In this document: positions 38,395-54,322 of the stretch, piece by piece | Layout: the number at the start of each line of letters is the position of its first letter | Position numbering within the stretch: the first letter of the stretch is position 1 | Assembly: GCA_951406725.2 (NCBI GenBank) | Contig: OX597828.1 | Span: 61,938,001 to 62,002,000 of the forward strand | Reading direction: 5' to 3' | DNA length: 64,000 nt | DNA from: Octopus vulgaris | Lineage: Eukaryota | The notes under the pieces: model-generated | The model's database searches: none | What the model was told of the DNA's origin: nothing | Seen by the model: only the letters and a program-made list of their open reading frames with translations | Program-made: the position numbers and the translations under genes

Positions 38395-41300
38395 TGAGGA
38401 AATAATTATAGACCAGCCCATGGCTGATAAAAACGCAGTGAGGATTGAAAGAGCTAGTATAACTGATAGGCAAAGTGAAATACTCACTGAACCAATCATA
38501 AACACTAAGACAAATGAACATCAAATAGAAGAAAGTCACACAAATATTGACCCAACTGAACTACGTGAACTAAAGAATCAACTCATGATTGAATGGCTGA
38601 AATTTAAAGAAACCAGTATGGATGAACGCGATATACTCCCTAGAATCCGCAACTCTAACCAAAACATGAAAATAATTGGTAAAATCTGCCTTGCACTTAA
38701 GGATATAATTTCAGCTAATGATGTTAATATCACAGATCTCAACCACCTGTACTATGCATCCGCGAAAATCTCAACGATCCTATGTGGTGAAAAGATTAGA
38801 AAACGGCAACATTCCCACAAAAAGCCTTCTTGGCAAGAGCGTATCCAACATCAAATTAAACTACTTAGGTCTGACATTGAATGCTTGAAAAACCTTAAGG
38901 TTGACAAGACTAGCAAACCTACAAAAGCGCAAAAATTAAAGAAAAAATATATGAAAACTATACTTGATATTGATGCCACCATAGAAACCATCAAGCAAAA
39001 GATACCTGCTAAAGCTGCCCGCATAGCGAGGTATGAAAAGCGTGTTAGATTCTTCAAGGACAACAACATGTTCAAAAATAACCCCAAAAGTTTTTACAGG
39101 AAGATAGGGAAAACACCAGTTACTGTAAAGTCTGTACCATCAAAAGAAGAAGTGCACGTTTTTTTTTAAATAAAATTTGGGCAGAAGAAAAAACAAACAA
39201 CGAAAAGGCCCCTTGGATTGATAGAATAGCTACGGACTTGTACTCCTTAGAGGAGCAAAAGAGGGAGGGTGTCAAGGTAGAAGATGTAAGATCTGCTCTC
39301 AGGAGGTCAAGCAAATGGAAGTCTCCAGGAAAGGATAAAATTCCTAACTTCTGGTTGAATGCCTTCCCAGAGAGTATATGAACTGCTAACAGAACTTTAC
39401 AATGATGTTTTGCAACACCCTAGTATGATGCCTGCTTGGCTAGTTAATGGTTTAACATTCTTGCTCCCAAAAAGTGAAGAAACAAATGAACCAAAAAGCT
39501 ATAGACCCATAACCTGCTTAACAACCATGTATAAAACGCTAACATCTGTCCTGACGGAATATATCTATAGTTTTTTAATAGACAGTAGCATATTCCCTAA
39601 TGAACTGAAAGGATGTAAACGTGGATCTTATGGTTGTAAAGATCAGCTACTCATCAATAAGATTATCTTAGAAGATTGTCACAAACGACACAAAAACTTG
39701 TCAATAGCCTGGATAGACTATAAAAAGGCTTTTGATAGCCTACCACATAGCTGGATTAAGAAATGCCTGGAAATGTATAAATTAGCACCTACTCTGCGAA
39801 ACTTCTTGTCTATAAGTATGAAATCATGGAGAACCACACTAACTTTTAACAGTAACAATGAATCTCTAAATGCTGGTGATGTAAAAATTTCATGCGGCAT
39901 TTTCCAGGGCGACTCACTATCACCACTCCTCTTTTGTTTAGCCTTAATACCTCTCTCAAAATTGCTCAATGACGCGCAGTACGGATATAAAATGTTGGAT
40001 AAAAATATAAATCATCTCATTTACATGGATGATTTAAAGCTCTTTGCAAAAAATGACCAACGACTCAAGGGCTTACTAACGATTGTTAAACAATTCAGCG
40101 ATGACATCAGAATGCAATCTGGCCTCGATAAATGTGCAAAAGCTACTTTTATCAAAGGAAAAATGACAGAAACATCTAACGTTTACCTCGACCAGCAGAA
40201 TGTCATAAAAGAGTTAGACCCAGCGGAGAGCTACAAGTACCTAGGGGTAATTGAAGGGGATGGAATAAGGCATTCAGTGATGAAGGAAAGGATCAGGAGA
40301 GAATGTTATCGCAGAGTAAGAGCAATACTCAAGACAGAACTGAATGCAAGAAACAGGATCGAAGCGATCAATGTTTTAGCCACACCAGTCGTGACTTACA
40401 GTTTCAATATCGTTAACTGATCAATTACTGAAATATGTAATCTTGACAGAAAAATACGAAAACTGTTGACAATGCATAGAATGCACCACCCTAAGGCAGA
40501 TATAGATCGACTTTATCTACCAAGAAAAGAGGGAGGCCGTGGGCTTTTACAACTGGCAATAACAATGAAAATTGCTACAATTGGCCTAGACACCTACCTG
40601 AAAAACTCAGAGGACTGGATATTAAAACTTGTCTCAAAACATGAAAACAAGAAAGCATCATACTCAGTAACAAAACAAGCAAAGGAATATCTAAGTGAAT
40701 TCCGAATACAACAAATTCCGGAATTAGACAAACAAGAAACAAGAACAAAAAAAAGCTAAGCGCGTGAAAACCCGTGCTAAAACTGCTGCCTTAGATATTC
40801 TGAATGATAAATGGCAAGAAAAACCTCTCAATGGCAAATACCTAAAGAGAGCTAATAATGCCGATGTTGACAAAACCCTTACCCATCAATGGCTAATGGC
40901 CTCTGGCTTAAAATCTGAAACAGAAGGGTTTATCATAGCAGCTCAAGATCAATGCCTACCTACAAGGAACTACCAGGCCAACATATTAAAGAACGGCAGT
41001 AGCATAACATGTCGTGTATGTCAACAACAGAATGAAACCATTGATCATGTTGTCTCCAAGTGCATTCTTCTTGCGCCTACAGAGTATTTCAACAGGCATG
41101 ATAGAGCTGCACAATATATTCACTGGGTAATTTGCAAAAGTCTGGACTTGCCCCATGATAAAAACTGGTGGGAACACAAACCACCTCCAGTGCTTGAGAA
41201 TGACCACATCTCACTCCTCTGGAACTTCACCATTCAAACTGACAGAAAGATAGATGCGAATAGGCCAGACATCATATTGAAAGACTTCAGAGAAAGAACA

Positions 41301-41767
41301 TGCCTCCTCATTGATGTGACTGTCCCAATCGATATAAACGTATCTGTCAAGACCTACCAAAATCTGAGCAAGTATAAAGATCTTGAAATGGAAATCAGCA
41401 AAATGTGGAACCTGAAGACTAAAACAATACCTGTTGTCATAGGTGCCCTGGGAATGATAGCAAAAGGGGCTGATTGCTACCTAACTCAGATACCAGGAAA
41501 CCCCTAAATGGCAGAAATTCAAAAGATAGTGCTCATGGGAACTGCTCATATCCTACGCAAAATACTTTCTTTGTAATCTCAAGTTTTAAAACAAACATAA
41601 TTTTCGTATGGTTTTTTTAGGCATTCACTAGTACAACACTAAGTACAGAACCAAATATATGGCACCCTAGGCATAATACCAACATGAACTTCCAACTTGT
41701 TGTCTCTTGAGGTCTCTGGGTGAGACTGGAGCCAGCTTGCGCAAATGTAAAGCAAAAGTCAAGCATA

Positions 41768-41769
<2 letters not shown>
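38395..41769 (+). mobile_element. Long R4/Dong family 1 retrotransposon (RT + CCHC + REL), few disruptions, flanked by (TAA)n
   Basis: ORFs 38420-39169, 39359-40420 (YRPITC, KKAFDS, GIFQGDSLSP, YMDD), 40466-40759 and 40764-41507 (CRVC, RHD, RPD, IDV..K..KY). Confidence 0.93.
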
Positions 41770-41858
<89 letters not shown>

Positions 41859-43259
41859 AAGAAGAAGAAGAAGAAGAAGAACAAGAACAAGAACAAGAAC
41901 AAGAACAAGAACAAGAAGAATGGTTTCAAATTTTGGCGCAAGGCCTGCAAGTTCAAGGGAAGGGACAAGTCGATTACATCGACCCCAGTGCGTAACTGGT
42001 ATTTATTTTATCGACCCCGAAAGGATGAAAGGTAAAGTCGACCACGTAAAGACAGACGAAATGCTGCTAAGCATTTAGTCCGGTGTACTAACGTTTCTGC
42101 TAGCTCACCGTCTCAAGAATCCTTTCGCTTATAGGCACAAGACGTGAAGTTTTGAGGGGGGGGGTATAGCCGCCTTAAGAAAGAAAATAATAATAATAAC
42201 AGTATTATATTTATTGGAAGACACTCAAACAAAAATATTGTGTTAACTCTTCAGCTTGTGTTGTTTGGATGGACAAGTAAGCCCTACTTCCATCGCCACC
42301 ACACTTCCCTCTTCACCACATTTCCCTCCTCTGTCACTCTTCTCGCTTTTTACATCTCTTCCCTGATGGAAGACATGATACTGTAGTAAGACGAATGGCA
42401 AAATTGATGCCATCCGGAATGAGTCCAATCACTGAAACAACTCGGGCAGAAAATGTTTCCAATTTTACTCTCCTCCCTTCCGTTTTGCTTGCTTTCTTTC
42501 ATTTCGCTCTCTCCCTAACTTGCCATCTCTCCTTCATTCATTTCTATATTCTTCTCTCATTCTTTCTGTCCTCTCGATTTTGCTTAGTTTCTTTCATTCA
42601 ATTCTTTTTACTCTTTCTTCGTTATTTTTTTTTTTTTCTCAGGATGTAAATTATCTTTACTATATGTCCCTCTTCTATATCATTGACTCTGCCTACTTAT
42701 CATTTCACACATACACTACCCCCCCCCCCTCTCTCTCTCTATATATATATATATATATCTGTGTGTCTGTCTATCCATCTGTCTGTCTGTCTGTTCGACT
42801 GTCTTTCTGTCTGTGTGTCTGTCGGTGGTCTATCTACTCATTATACTGTATTTCTTTTTTCCAAGTATTTCTTATGTGCTTCCTCCTATCTCTTGTGGAC
42901 TCCCCCCACCCCCCACGCAAACACACAACACACACACACACACACACGTATACATATGTACACACATGCATACATATAGGTGTATGTGGGTATTATGTAC
43001 TTTTTTGTCTTTTATCTTTTATTTGTTTGTCATTAGACTGCGGCCATGCTGGGGCACCGCCTTGAATTTTAGTCGAACGAATCGACCCCAGTTTTTGGGT
43101 GTAAGACCTAGTAGTTATTCTATCGGACATTTGCTACGTTACGTGGACGTCAACACACCACCACCAAATGATAACCGGTGATGTTGGGCAAACACGGAAA
43201 GAAAGATACACAGAGAGACATATATATATATATCTAAACGCGTGCATGCGCACACACAA

Positions 43260-43344
<85 letters not shown>

Positions 43345-43347
<3 letters not shown>

Positions 43348-44636
43348 GAGTGGATTGAAAAGTTCATAGGCTGATTATGAAGGAGTGATGAGACAGCTGT
43401 TAAATCTTGAATGTATTAACTTCCACTGTTCTTATTAATTGTTTCTTTCCAGCTAAAGTGACACCTGACTGTTCAAAGAAGGCTGCAAAAATAACTAGTA
43501 GTGACTTCTCTTTAAAATAGACAAAATTCGGCATCGTGGTCTTACAGGTACCTGCAGAAAAGGGGTTTAACACACACACACCCGCCCCGTGGACATGCTG
43601 ATATGCTCGCTACATTAAGGAATGAGGCTCCGGGTTTATCAACAGTAGGCAGCTGAATTTAGGAAGGGAAGAGTGAGTCTTGAAGATATCCCGGAGTCTG
43701 GATATCCTGCAACTACAACCACCAAGGAAACATTGATTATGTTCAACACATAGTGATGGATGAAAGGCGATTGACTATTAAATCAAAAATGTCAGTGCTA
43801 TTAGCCTATCCCGTGACAATGGAGAATATTCTGCCCAATGAACTTGGCCTGACGATGCCTTCCGCTCGGTGGTTTGCTCGTCATCTGACACCTGATCAAA
43901 AGTGCACCAGGCTGATCACATCACGGTTAAAAATGTGACATTGTGTGAGGCAGATCCAGCTGCTTTCCTTGAACGTTTCTTAACCTAGGATGAGTGTTGG
44001 CTTCACTTTCGGCCAGAGACAAAGAGACAATCCTTGCAATGGAATCAATCCTCTTCACCAGTTCTAAAGAAGGTCAAAATCGCTTCTTCTGCAGGGAAAA
44101 TAATGGACTTGATTTTTGGGGAAACAAAAGGGATTGTTCTTATTGAATATCTTCAAAAGAGTCACGCCATCAATGGTGAGTACTATGCTAACTTGCTTAG
44201 GCAGTTACGAAAGACTACCAAGACCAAACAGCCAGGAATCTGAATGATGGGGGTCTTGTTTCATCAGGACAATGCTCCAGTACACAACACCTTCGTTTCA
44301 ATGACTGCAGGCGTAACTGCCGCTTTGAATGGTTGATCACCTCCCCTATTCTTCTGAACTGGCCCCATCGGACTATCATCTGTTCTCGAGCAGAAAAAAA
44401 AACCCAACTTGCCTAGGAACCAGTATCGCAGTGATGATGACGTTACGTCTGCTGTTCATGACATTTTTGAGCAATAGGATGATAGCCTCTTCACAAATGG
44501 GATCCAAGTACTGCAACACCGATAGAAGAAGAGTGCGGATCGCAAGAGAGGAGGGCACATGTTGAAAATAAACCTCATTTGCTCACACTCCATGAGAGTA
44601 TTTGGTCAGCTTATGTGAACTTTCAGCTCACTCCCG
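43345..44636 (+). mobile_element. Full-length degenerate mariner transposon (~1.3 kb)
   Basis: TIRs cgggagtggattgaaaagttcataggctga and tcagcttatgtgaactttcagctcactcccg-TA. Motifs SARWFARHLT (WVPHEL-like), DECW, INGEYYANLL, HQDNAP and PYSSELAPSDYHLF (DD34D). Confidence 0.9.
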
Positions 44637-44641
44637 TATAT

Positions 44642-44690
<49 letters not shown>

Positions 44691-44713
44691 TGTGTGTGTG
44701 TATGTATATACAC

Positions 44714-44774
<61 letters not shown>

Positions 44775-44889
44775 TATATATGTGTATATATAAATATATA
44801 TATACACATATATATACGAAAGAAATTAAAGAAGGAAAATGCACACACTTTACATAGTTTTAATATAATTTTTAATATATCATGTATTG

Positions 44890-46497
44890 TATTTACCGAC
44901 CGGTTTCGCGTTCGCTATTCATGACATTAAACTTTATTTAAATACGTATTTTTTTAAGAAGAATTTTTTGTCTATGTTGTGTGTGAAGTTTATGAATGAA
45001 TGATGCAACAATTAGAAAAATCTAAGGGGAGGTAATTGGCTGTCGTTATTATTGTTGGCAGAAGAGGTAATTGTTCAGCTTTCAGTAGGGGGGAGGGAAT
45101 AAATATTCACAAAAATTCAAAAACTTGAGTAGTGGGGAGAAATATGTAAAGGGATGGGTATGTAATCGTGAATTAAAATATGTAAAGATATCAAAGATGG
45201 TTATGCGTACGTATTTAGACAAGTTCTGTATTTTTCGATAAAAAAATTTCTTTATTTAAACGTTCTTGTAAAGAAATTGTATCTTTGCACCGGTAGAAGG
45301 GGAAAACTTTGAAATTTGGTTTAATGTTACCTGCATATTTCTCTATGTGCTCACTTAAGAGAATTTGTTGGTATTGTGGGAATCGGATCTTCTCTTTGGT
45401 TTCGTGGTTGTTGTGTAAAGCTTCGCATTTGTTTGAAGTCTCTTTAGCGATTTGTGTTGCTTTTGCATTTGATGAGTTTATGCGCTTTCAGGATGTTGTT
45501 CTTTTTTGGGCCTCTAGTTAGTAAAGGGAGATTTTCCACAATACTGTTGTATGCCTCATTGTTCCTAGGGTTGTGTGCTGACATATACAGTAGTGTTTTG
45601 AGATGAGGTGTGGTGTTATGCTTTGTTGTCCTTAGTGTTTTTATGTCTAATTTCTTGGCACGCTCAATTCCATCGTCTATAAGTGAAGGTGGATATTGTC
45701 TCTCTTTTACTGTAGTTTTGAGGTCTTCAAGATGAAGGTCCCGAGTAGTTCTATCAGGCACTATTGTGCAAATCCTTTTTTGCCAAATTAAAGGGGATAT
45801 CTATTTTTATGTTTCGTGTGGCATGAGCTAAAGAGGAGATATTGTTTCGAGTCCGTCGATTTATGATAGATCTCAGTTGTAATTTGTTTGTTGACTTTTT
45901 TTATCATAACATCCAAAAATGGGAGCTGTTCTTTGCTAAATTCGATTTTGAATTGAATGTTACTAATTATATCATTTAGTGTCGATTTGAAGTGCAAAAG
46001 TTTGTCAATAGTCTCCTTCCAAATGATAAAACAGTCATCCATGTATCTTTTCCAGCTTTCTCTTATGTAATGGTGAAATGGATAACCATATTTTTGAAGT
46101 GACACTTCATATATGGTGAATTCAAAATAACCCATTATCAGGTTCGCAATTGCTTTTGTTCCCATCGCAATTTCGCATTTTTGACGATAATAGGTATCAT
46201 CAAATAGGAAGTAATTGTTCTGAAGTATAAATTTTAAAGATTCAATAATAAAGATCTGATTTATGCGTTCCAGGAGTACTTCGGGGTACTTTTCTAACCA
46301 GAATTTAATTGCTTTTATTCCATAGTCATGGAGGATGTTGGTGTAAAGATTGATAACATCGAGGGTGACCAATATTGCTTCTTCATTAATTGTTTTTGGT
46401 AGGTGTTCTAGCATGTCTAAATCATCTCTAATGAAACTTTTGATGTATTTCAGCAAGGGTTTCAGTAGGATGTCTAGAAAATTGCTTAGGCGGTGGG
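44890..46497 (-). mobile_element. Penelope-like element (RT + decayed GIY-YIG), 5'-truncated
   Basis: ORF 45788-46456 contains LVTLDVINLYTNI, EIAMGT, WKRYMDDCFIIW, LPFLDV and YHKSTDSKQYL; ORF 45444-45761 has ERQYP. A decayed hammerhead remnant (gcgaacgc-GAAA-ccg-GTC-ggtaaa) lies at 44892-44930. Confidence 0.88.
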
Positions 46498-46645
46498 TTT
46501 AGTCAAACGATCGACCCCAGTTTTTGGGTGTAAGACCTAGTAGTTATTCTATCGGACATTTGCTACGTTACGTGGACGTAAACACACCACCACCAAATGA
46601 TAACCGGTGATGTTGGGCAAACACAGAAAGAAAGATACACAGAGA

Positions 46646-46686
<41 letters not shown>

Positions 46687-46731
46687 GCGTGCATGCGCAC
46701 ACACAAACGCACGCACGCACACACACACACA

Positions 46732-46806
<75 letters not shown>

Positions 46807-46826
46807 GAGTGGATTGAAAAGTTCAT
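46498..46826 (+). repeat. Local duplication of 43068-43367
   Basis: Same SINE fragment, (TA)n/(CA)n and first 23 bp of the mariner TIR, in the same order. Confidence 0.9.
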
Positions 46827-47116
46827 GTTTGGATATTTATGTATTTGCCTGGTCACTGTTTGCAAGCTTCATTAATCATTATGTTCTTTAGCAAAACTCT
46901 TCACCCCATGTTGCTCTGCAATTTATTCGACAACTGACGTGTTGTATACAATGCACCTCTTGAGCCAAGGTCGATTTGATGGAGAGAATGAGATAATGTG
47001 CAGCACGAACATTTGATCACTGTAAACAAGCCATTTGTGCGGGTTGTTCGACAAAAGCTAAACGCTCATATGTCGTCTTCGATAGAGTCCATCGTATACA
47101 TACATACATACATACA

Positions 47117-48191
<1,075 letters not shown>

Positions 48192-51100
48192 CACATAGTT
48201 TTGGATTCAGTCCCACTGCGTGGCACCTTGAGCAAGTGTTTTCTACTATAGCCTTGTGCCAATTAAAACTTTGTGTGTGGATTTGGTAGACTTAAACTAA
48301 AAAAAAGCCCGTCGTATATATATCTGCATGTCTGTGTGTGTCTTTGTGTTTGTGTTTGTACCCCACCACTGGTTGACAATCAATACTGATTGTTTATGTA
48401 CCAGGCTTTACAAAAAACATTACTCAGGTTGATTCTTTCGACCAAAATTCAAAGCTGTGCCCCAGCATTGCCGCAGTCTAATAAAAGAAAAAAGATACAT
48501 GTACATATATGCTTTTGTATAATATATTTTTTATTAATACCTAAGTATTCATAGCAATCCTTTTGTGGGACAGAGGAGATAGAGAGACCATTTATGTAGA
48601 GATATGGTGCTTAGGGAACCGCTTCCCACATTTCTTTGGGCCAATCTCCATCCACATATTAATAGAAAACGTGATTAAATCCAGCTCCTTTACGGCATTA
48701 TATATATTTCAGGCACAGATTGTAGATATATTATGAAAAATATAAATGTCTCTTGTTGCTGTGGATCCCAGGACATATCCTTTGGATATTTGTAAAAGAA
48801 ATCCCAGTGGTGAATTTAAGGTCAAAATATACAGACTTTGGAAGACGTATGTATGTATGTATGTTTGTATGTATGTATGTATGTATGTATGTATGTATGT
48901 ATGTATGTATGTATGTATGTATGTATACATTATGGCTGTTTGCATCTATGTTCTGTTTTTAATTATTTCCAATCACCGTATGAAGAAGGAACTGCTTTCG
49001 AACTAAGATACAAAGTAACGTCGTTGGAATGTAGATAACAGAATCAATGTCAGATTTTGGATTTTTGAAAAGTCTGGCATATTTTTACTGTTCCGCTTGT
49101 ATTTATAATGTGCGAGTAAGCTGACTGATTCCTTTTTTCTGAAAACCCAAGCTTTTCTAAATCATTACATAGGCACTTACTAACAAAACCAAGCGTACCA
49201 GTTATTATTGGTCCCAATATGAATTTATAATTCGAGTATAGAAGCTGGAGCTTTCGAAGCAGTTGTTTGTTCGTTGCGCTCTTTCTCTTTGCTTTTCACA
49301 TAAGCGGAGTATCTGACTCCTAGAACGGAACATTCTTTTTCTTCTCTGCCTCGAAAAACTATATATAGCCTCTTATGTTTGCATTTGTCTGTATATACGT
49401 CCGTGCGTCCGTATATGTATCCCAGATCATCTTTCATTGATCAAACCAATCCTCAACGATGTTCCTGCCATGACAATCACGTCTTTTATCTTTCTATATC
49501 AAGATAGTACGTTGCAACCTTTGTTTACAACAAGAGCAAGATTTGAGCAAAATTGAATCGTTGTTTCGCATGGCTTGAACGATTGCATGCAAGTATTATG
49601 CCGTGTCATCTTTGCACGAATGTGTGTTCCTGTATATAGGTTTGTAGAATGCATAAGCATGTTACGTATATATGCGCACCTGCTTACGAGCGATTTTTTA
49701 GTTTCTGTGTGTGTGTCTGCCTGTCTGTTTGTCTGTGCTTTCTTCAATTCTTTTGTTGCTTTTATTCAGTATTAATTCTAAACGCGCTTAGTCGTGCTTT
49801 TAAGCGCTCTACCTTGTGCTTGTGCTTGTATTACTGATTTTCCAGTGTGTGTGCGTACGCTAACGGACGGTGAATCAAGGAGCACTTTTTTTACTTGCTG
49901 GATCTGGAGGAAGAAACAGTGCTTCGAGGTTTTGCAAATTTTCTTAGACAGGTGATATTGTTACTAGGAATTTAAACGAGATTGACATCATTCACTCCTA
50001 CAACGACCATCGGAAATCAAATCAACACACAACCCTGAAGCTCTCTCATAATTATTCTCAGACTTACTGGTATTTTCCCAAGAGAATCTTATATTCTTAA
50101 TCTTGAATCAAATGACTTTATAAGTTGTAATTTGCAAAAAAGTTACTAGATTTGCCTCATACTATCACATTAAACACACTCATACAGTAAGTCCTCATTT
50201 ACTCCCCACTCTCCTCCTCGGCCCTACCTATTTCAGCAGCCCGTGCACATAGTGGTTAAGTAATACATTACACCAATCACCCCAGACCCCAAAATGGTTG
50301 ATTCTTGTGGTGATCTCTCCATTACCTTTGTAGTGGGAATATATATTCAGTACCAGGTGTTGATATGGCTGCGTGTATATTATTACAAGAGTTCATATAG
50401 AGATGAAGAATAAATTCAAGACCCATATATTTACTACATAAAAATATATTTTATTTACTGGTCGATGATGATACTCAATCAAAATGTAGAGTCTAGTTAA
50501 ATGAAGCAATCTATGCAAAAAGTTCAGAGATAGGCAATATAGAAATAACAGCTAAGTGGTGGCTTTCAGTCATGTGGTGTAGAGAAATAGACGGACATAG
50601 CAATGACTTGAATGGCTCAGAGTCTAGTCGACTAAGAAACAAGGAGCAGGGTTAGCAAGCTATTTTTATTAATGGAACGCTAGACATTCTAGAAACTTCC
50701 AAGAGAAAGGCTAAGCTTCTTGAATAATTAAGAATCACGTCTCATGACACAGATGCTTCCAGAAACTTAGAAAGGGATGTTACTCTATAATCTTTCTTGC
50801 AAGGGAGATCATTCAACTATCTAGCTACCGCTACACACCCCTTAGGCAGAGGTAACAGTATACAATAATGAAAATAACAAAAATGTATACATCATAAAAT
50901 GTCAAAACCTGATGAAAACAGAAGGGAATAAATGCAATATTTCAGGTCCAAAGTGAAAAATTAACGTTAAAACTTCTGTAACGTATGTGTGTGTGCTTGC
51001 AAAATAGAGGTAGCGACAATTGTATAGAGAACAGGATTTATTTGAGAGAGTCCGAATAGCAGCGTCGTCTTGCGTGTGCAGAGTGCAGAAAATGCCAGTC

Positions 51101-51259
51101 AGAGCGTGACTAAGGCAGAGTGGCAAAAAACGACTGTGACATGCTGGCGCGTTGCAAGAGACGGGCAACTCTCTATTTATAACGTGACCATCCAGGGGTC
51201 TAATAGAGTTAAGTTGTGTCTTATAAGGGCGCGGTGAGCATGAGAAAGCAACCCAAAAG

Positions 51260-52200
51260 TATGGTCAATGGTGCATGTATATAACTGGGTTGAAGGCATT
51301 CAAGCATGTTTGCGAACGTTGAGACAATTTTACAAATATACAGAATATTCGTAAAAAATATATGTACGTGAATAGATATCCTAAAAAATAAAAAATTATG
51401 TGATATACAAAACTAAGCAAATGCAAAGGAAAGTGAACAAATACACAAAAAAGCAAGCAACAGAAATATCAAACTAGGCGCAAGTTAAGGAAAAGTTCCG
51501 GTCTGTGTGCAAGTGTTCAAGTTAGTTCAAATCATGCGAGTTTTTAGAAAGTCCACAGAAATTGAATCCAACGATGCGAAAATACGGAAAGTTATGTATA
51601 TACATAATATGTATATAGCGCACGGATACTGAAGGTGAAAACAGCAGTGCATTGTCAAAGTACATGCAGGAAAATTCTTCTGAAAAGTTTAGTACACCGC
51701 GAAATTGAGTCTCGCAACTTCATATAAGAAGAAAAGGACAATATGACAAAAGCTGTAACGCTGAAAGTTAGCAATGAACTTACAGTGGCAAAAGTTGAGC
51801 TGGTGCGAGGATGATCACGAGAAGCTGGACTTGCAGTGATAAAAACGGTGTAAGCCATACACTGAACAAAGCAGGATGTTGAAATGAGCTGGTTACTGTG
51901 CTTGCGGCGAAAAAGGAATATTAACAAGTCTGGGATTTGAAACGTCCATATGTAAACTGGTTGAAATAAATTTCAGGTTGAAATAAATTTTATTGGCGTT
52001 GTTAACGGAGAAAAAAATGGTCTGCTGGTATCGTGAAGGAAGAATGTCGATGGTCGAGCGTTCGTCAAGTTCACAAATGTTGCGAAATGGATATGATGTT
52101 GCGTGAAGATTGGCAAATGGTGATCCCAAAAGGTAACGATAGCGAATAGCAATCATGACAGGGCACCGAGTTTAAAAGTAAGGTACAGAACCATCGAGAA
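51260..52200 (-). mobile_element. Highly decayed MULE/Mutator-like transposase remnant
   Basis: Minus-strand peptides IDILPSRYQQTIFF, SLHMDVSNP (YMDGTF-like) and LNFAVY*TFQKNFPACTLTMHCCFHLQ (DFE..A....FP....GC.FH-like) occur in the expected order. Confidence 0.45.
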
Positions 52201-54214
52201 ACGTTGATTGAAGGCGCATGTCAAAAGTGAGAGAAAGAAGATGCAAACTGCCAAAATCAGATCCAGAAATTCTAACTTCTTACAATTTCTGAGGAACGGA
52301 GCTGAAGAAAAGTGGCGAAGAATGTGGGATGAAAAAGTTGTTGTTCAGTTGAAAAAGTTTCAAATTACCTCATCCTCCGGTCGTGAGAAACGGAAAAATG
52401 ACTTTTGAAATAGAGTCAAAAATTCACAACAGCAATAAATAAGTGGCGAAATTGTAAACTTGATGCGAACAACTGATCAAAAGAACCGAACTTGGTACCA
52501 GGGAGGATCATGGTGGTAAGAAAACTTGTAGTAGTGAGAGTTGATAAATGTACGTCAAAATCTTTCTCGCAGTCCATATTTTGAAAGACGAAAAAGCAGC
52601 TGTAATAAGCTTGAGAAGGTGTTTTCTGACCGGAAATTTTTTAACAATACACCAGATAATGATATTATAACATGGAAATCAGAATTAATTGGCAAATGTT
52701 ACTAGATAAAATATATATAACACTTTTAACGTAGTGGCAAAACGTTTAATTGAAAATCGGTGTTACTTTGGTAGCTGGACGAATTTTTTTCAGCAAAAGG
52801 TTCTAAAGTTGGTCGCATATATTCCTGCATATATTTCACGTCGGTTGGTCACCAATTTATGTTTATTCTCGGGGGTCACCAATTTATGTGATACACCCTC
52901 TAGCTGCTAGTTCACCTAGTTTCCTTTTTCTTTTCTACCTAAATTTCTTCTCTCTCTCACTTTCTCTTTCTCTCTCCCTTCCTCTGTCACCACCATGTAT
53001 CCCAACTTATAGAAACATACTAGAGTATAACCCGTTCGGATCCTGCCTACTACTTGATTCAACACACTGGCATTCTCACCTCTAACATCTCAAAGTAATG
53101 GAAACACTTTCAAACAATCGCCTTTGGTGACAGTAACCCTGTTGCCCTTGGCAAGGCGTTTAAATGTATTGCGAGATCCACCTAGCAAAACTGTTCATAT
53201 TGGGCTTCATCCGTTTTATGATCAGAACTTACCTTATCAGATCGCAAAATATGTCCAAGGGCCTTTCTATCTACATCAGTCATTGGTTATGGTTCTTTTA
53301 ATTTTCCTACTGTACAGTTACCCCTTCACGGATTATATCATTTTCACTTCATATTGCACATGAATATTGTCCACACGCGGCCTCTACACCACATGCTACT
53401 TGCTCAGTTTCCATAAACGGAAACCCCTAGCAATAATTTACAACTGCACAAACACATAAACAGAATATTCAATAAGAATAGAGTGAAATTACCCAAACTC
53501 ACCTACCTGTCTCCTTACCGTCGACCGAAACAGCATTCGAAAGACCAAGCTTTCTCTCTGGGCTCACCGAGGCGGCAATTGTTGGTATTGAACCATATTT
53601 CAAATAAGGCTCATAAGGCATTACTTCTCGTATATTTGGGTCCAGAAGGAACATAGAAAAAGGCCACATTCTAGACCACAGCTCGCGGACGACAATGAAT
53701 AATAAATATTGATAAGGACAAGGAGGAGGCAGACGGGTGGTACTCCTTTATTGTTATTCATTTCAAGTTCAATTCTAATCGAGCTCACCTACAATCAATG
53801 CTATCCAACTACCAACTTTCCTTGTTTCTTTCGGGTGAGTAGTATATGTACGACTACGTTATCTAATCTAACCTGTTTTCTATAAGATGGTAGGAGGTGG
53901 TTTGATAGAAATTTGACTGCTATATCTAGCAGGTCAACAGACCCACAAAAGACCTCATTCACTAAATGGAAATGTTGTTATTGTTGTTGTCTGTCTGAGC
54001 AGATTAAAGACCAGAGGCATTTCAGTTTCGATCACTTTAACTTTTTGCATAGATAGGACTACATTGACCAATGTGTCTTGTACTGAGACAGTACGGTGTA
54101 ATTTGAAGGAATTTAGCTGCTATTTCAATTTCTAATGGATAAAGTCCACTTGTGAAATTGTATTGCGATAATGATGGAAGCGACATAACGATGGCGGATG
54201 GTATTTTTGTTACT

Positions 54215-54322
54215 ATGATGATAGTTATGATCATTGTTATGATGATAGTTATGATCATTGTTATGATGATAGTTATGATCATTGTTATGATGATAGTTAT
54301 GATCATTGTTATGATGATAGTT
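54215..54322. repeat. 24-bp tandem repeat ATGATGATAGTTATGATCATTGTT, about 4.5 copies
   Basis: Read directly from the sequence. Confidence 0.9.

Noticed and set aside
42255-42276. 22-nt micro-exon (tcttcag|...|gtaagc)
   Set aside because: Splice-like signals alone are expected by chance in 64 kb, and the peptide is not recognisable.
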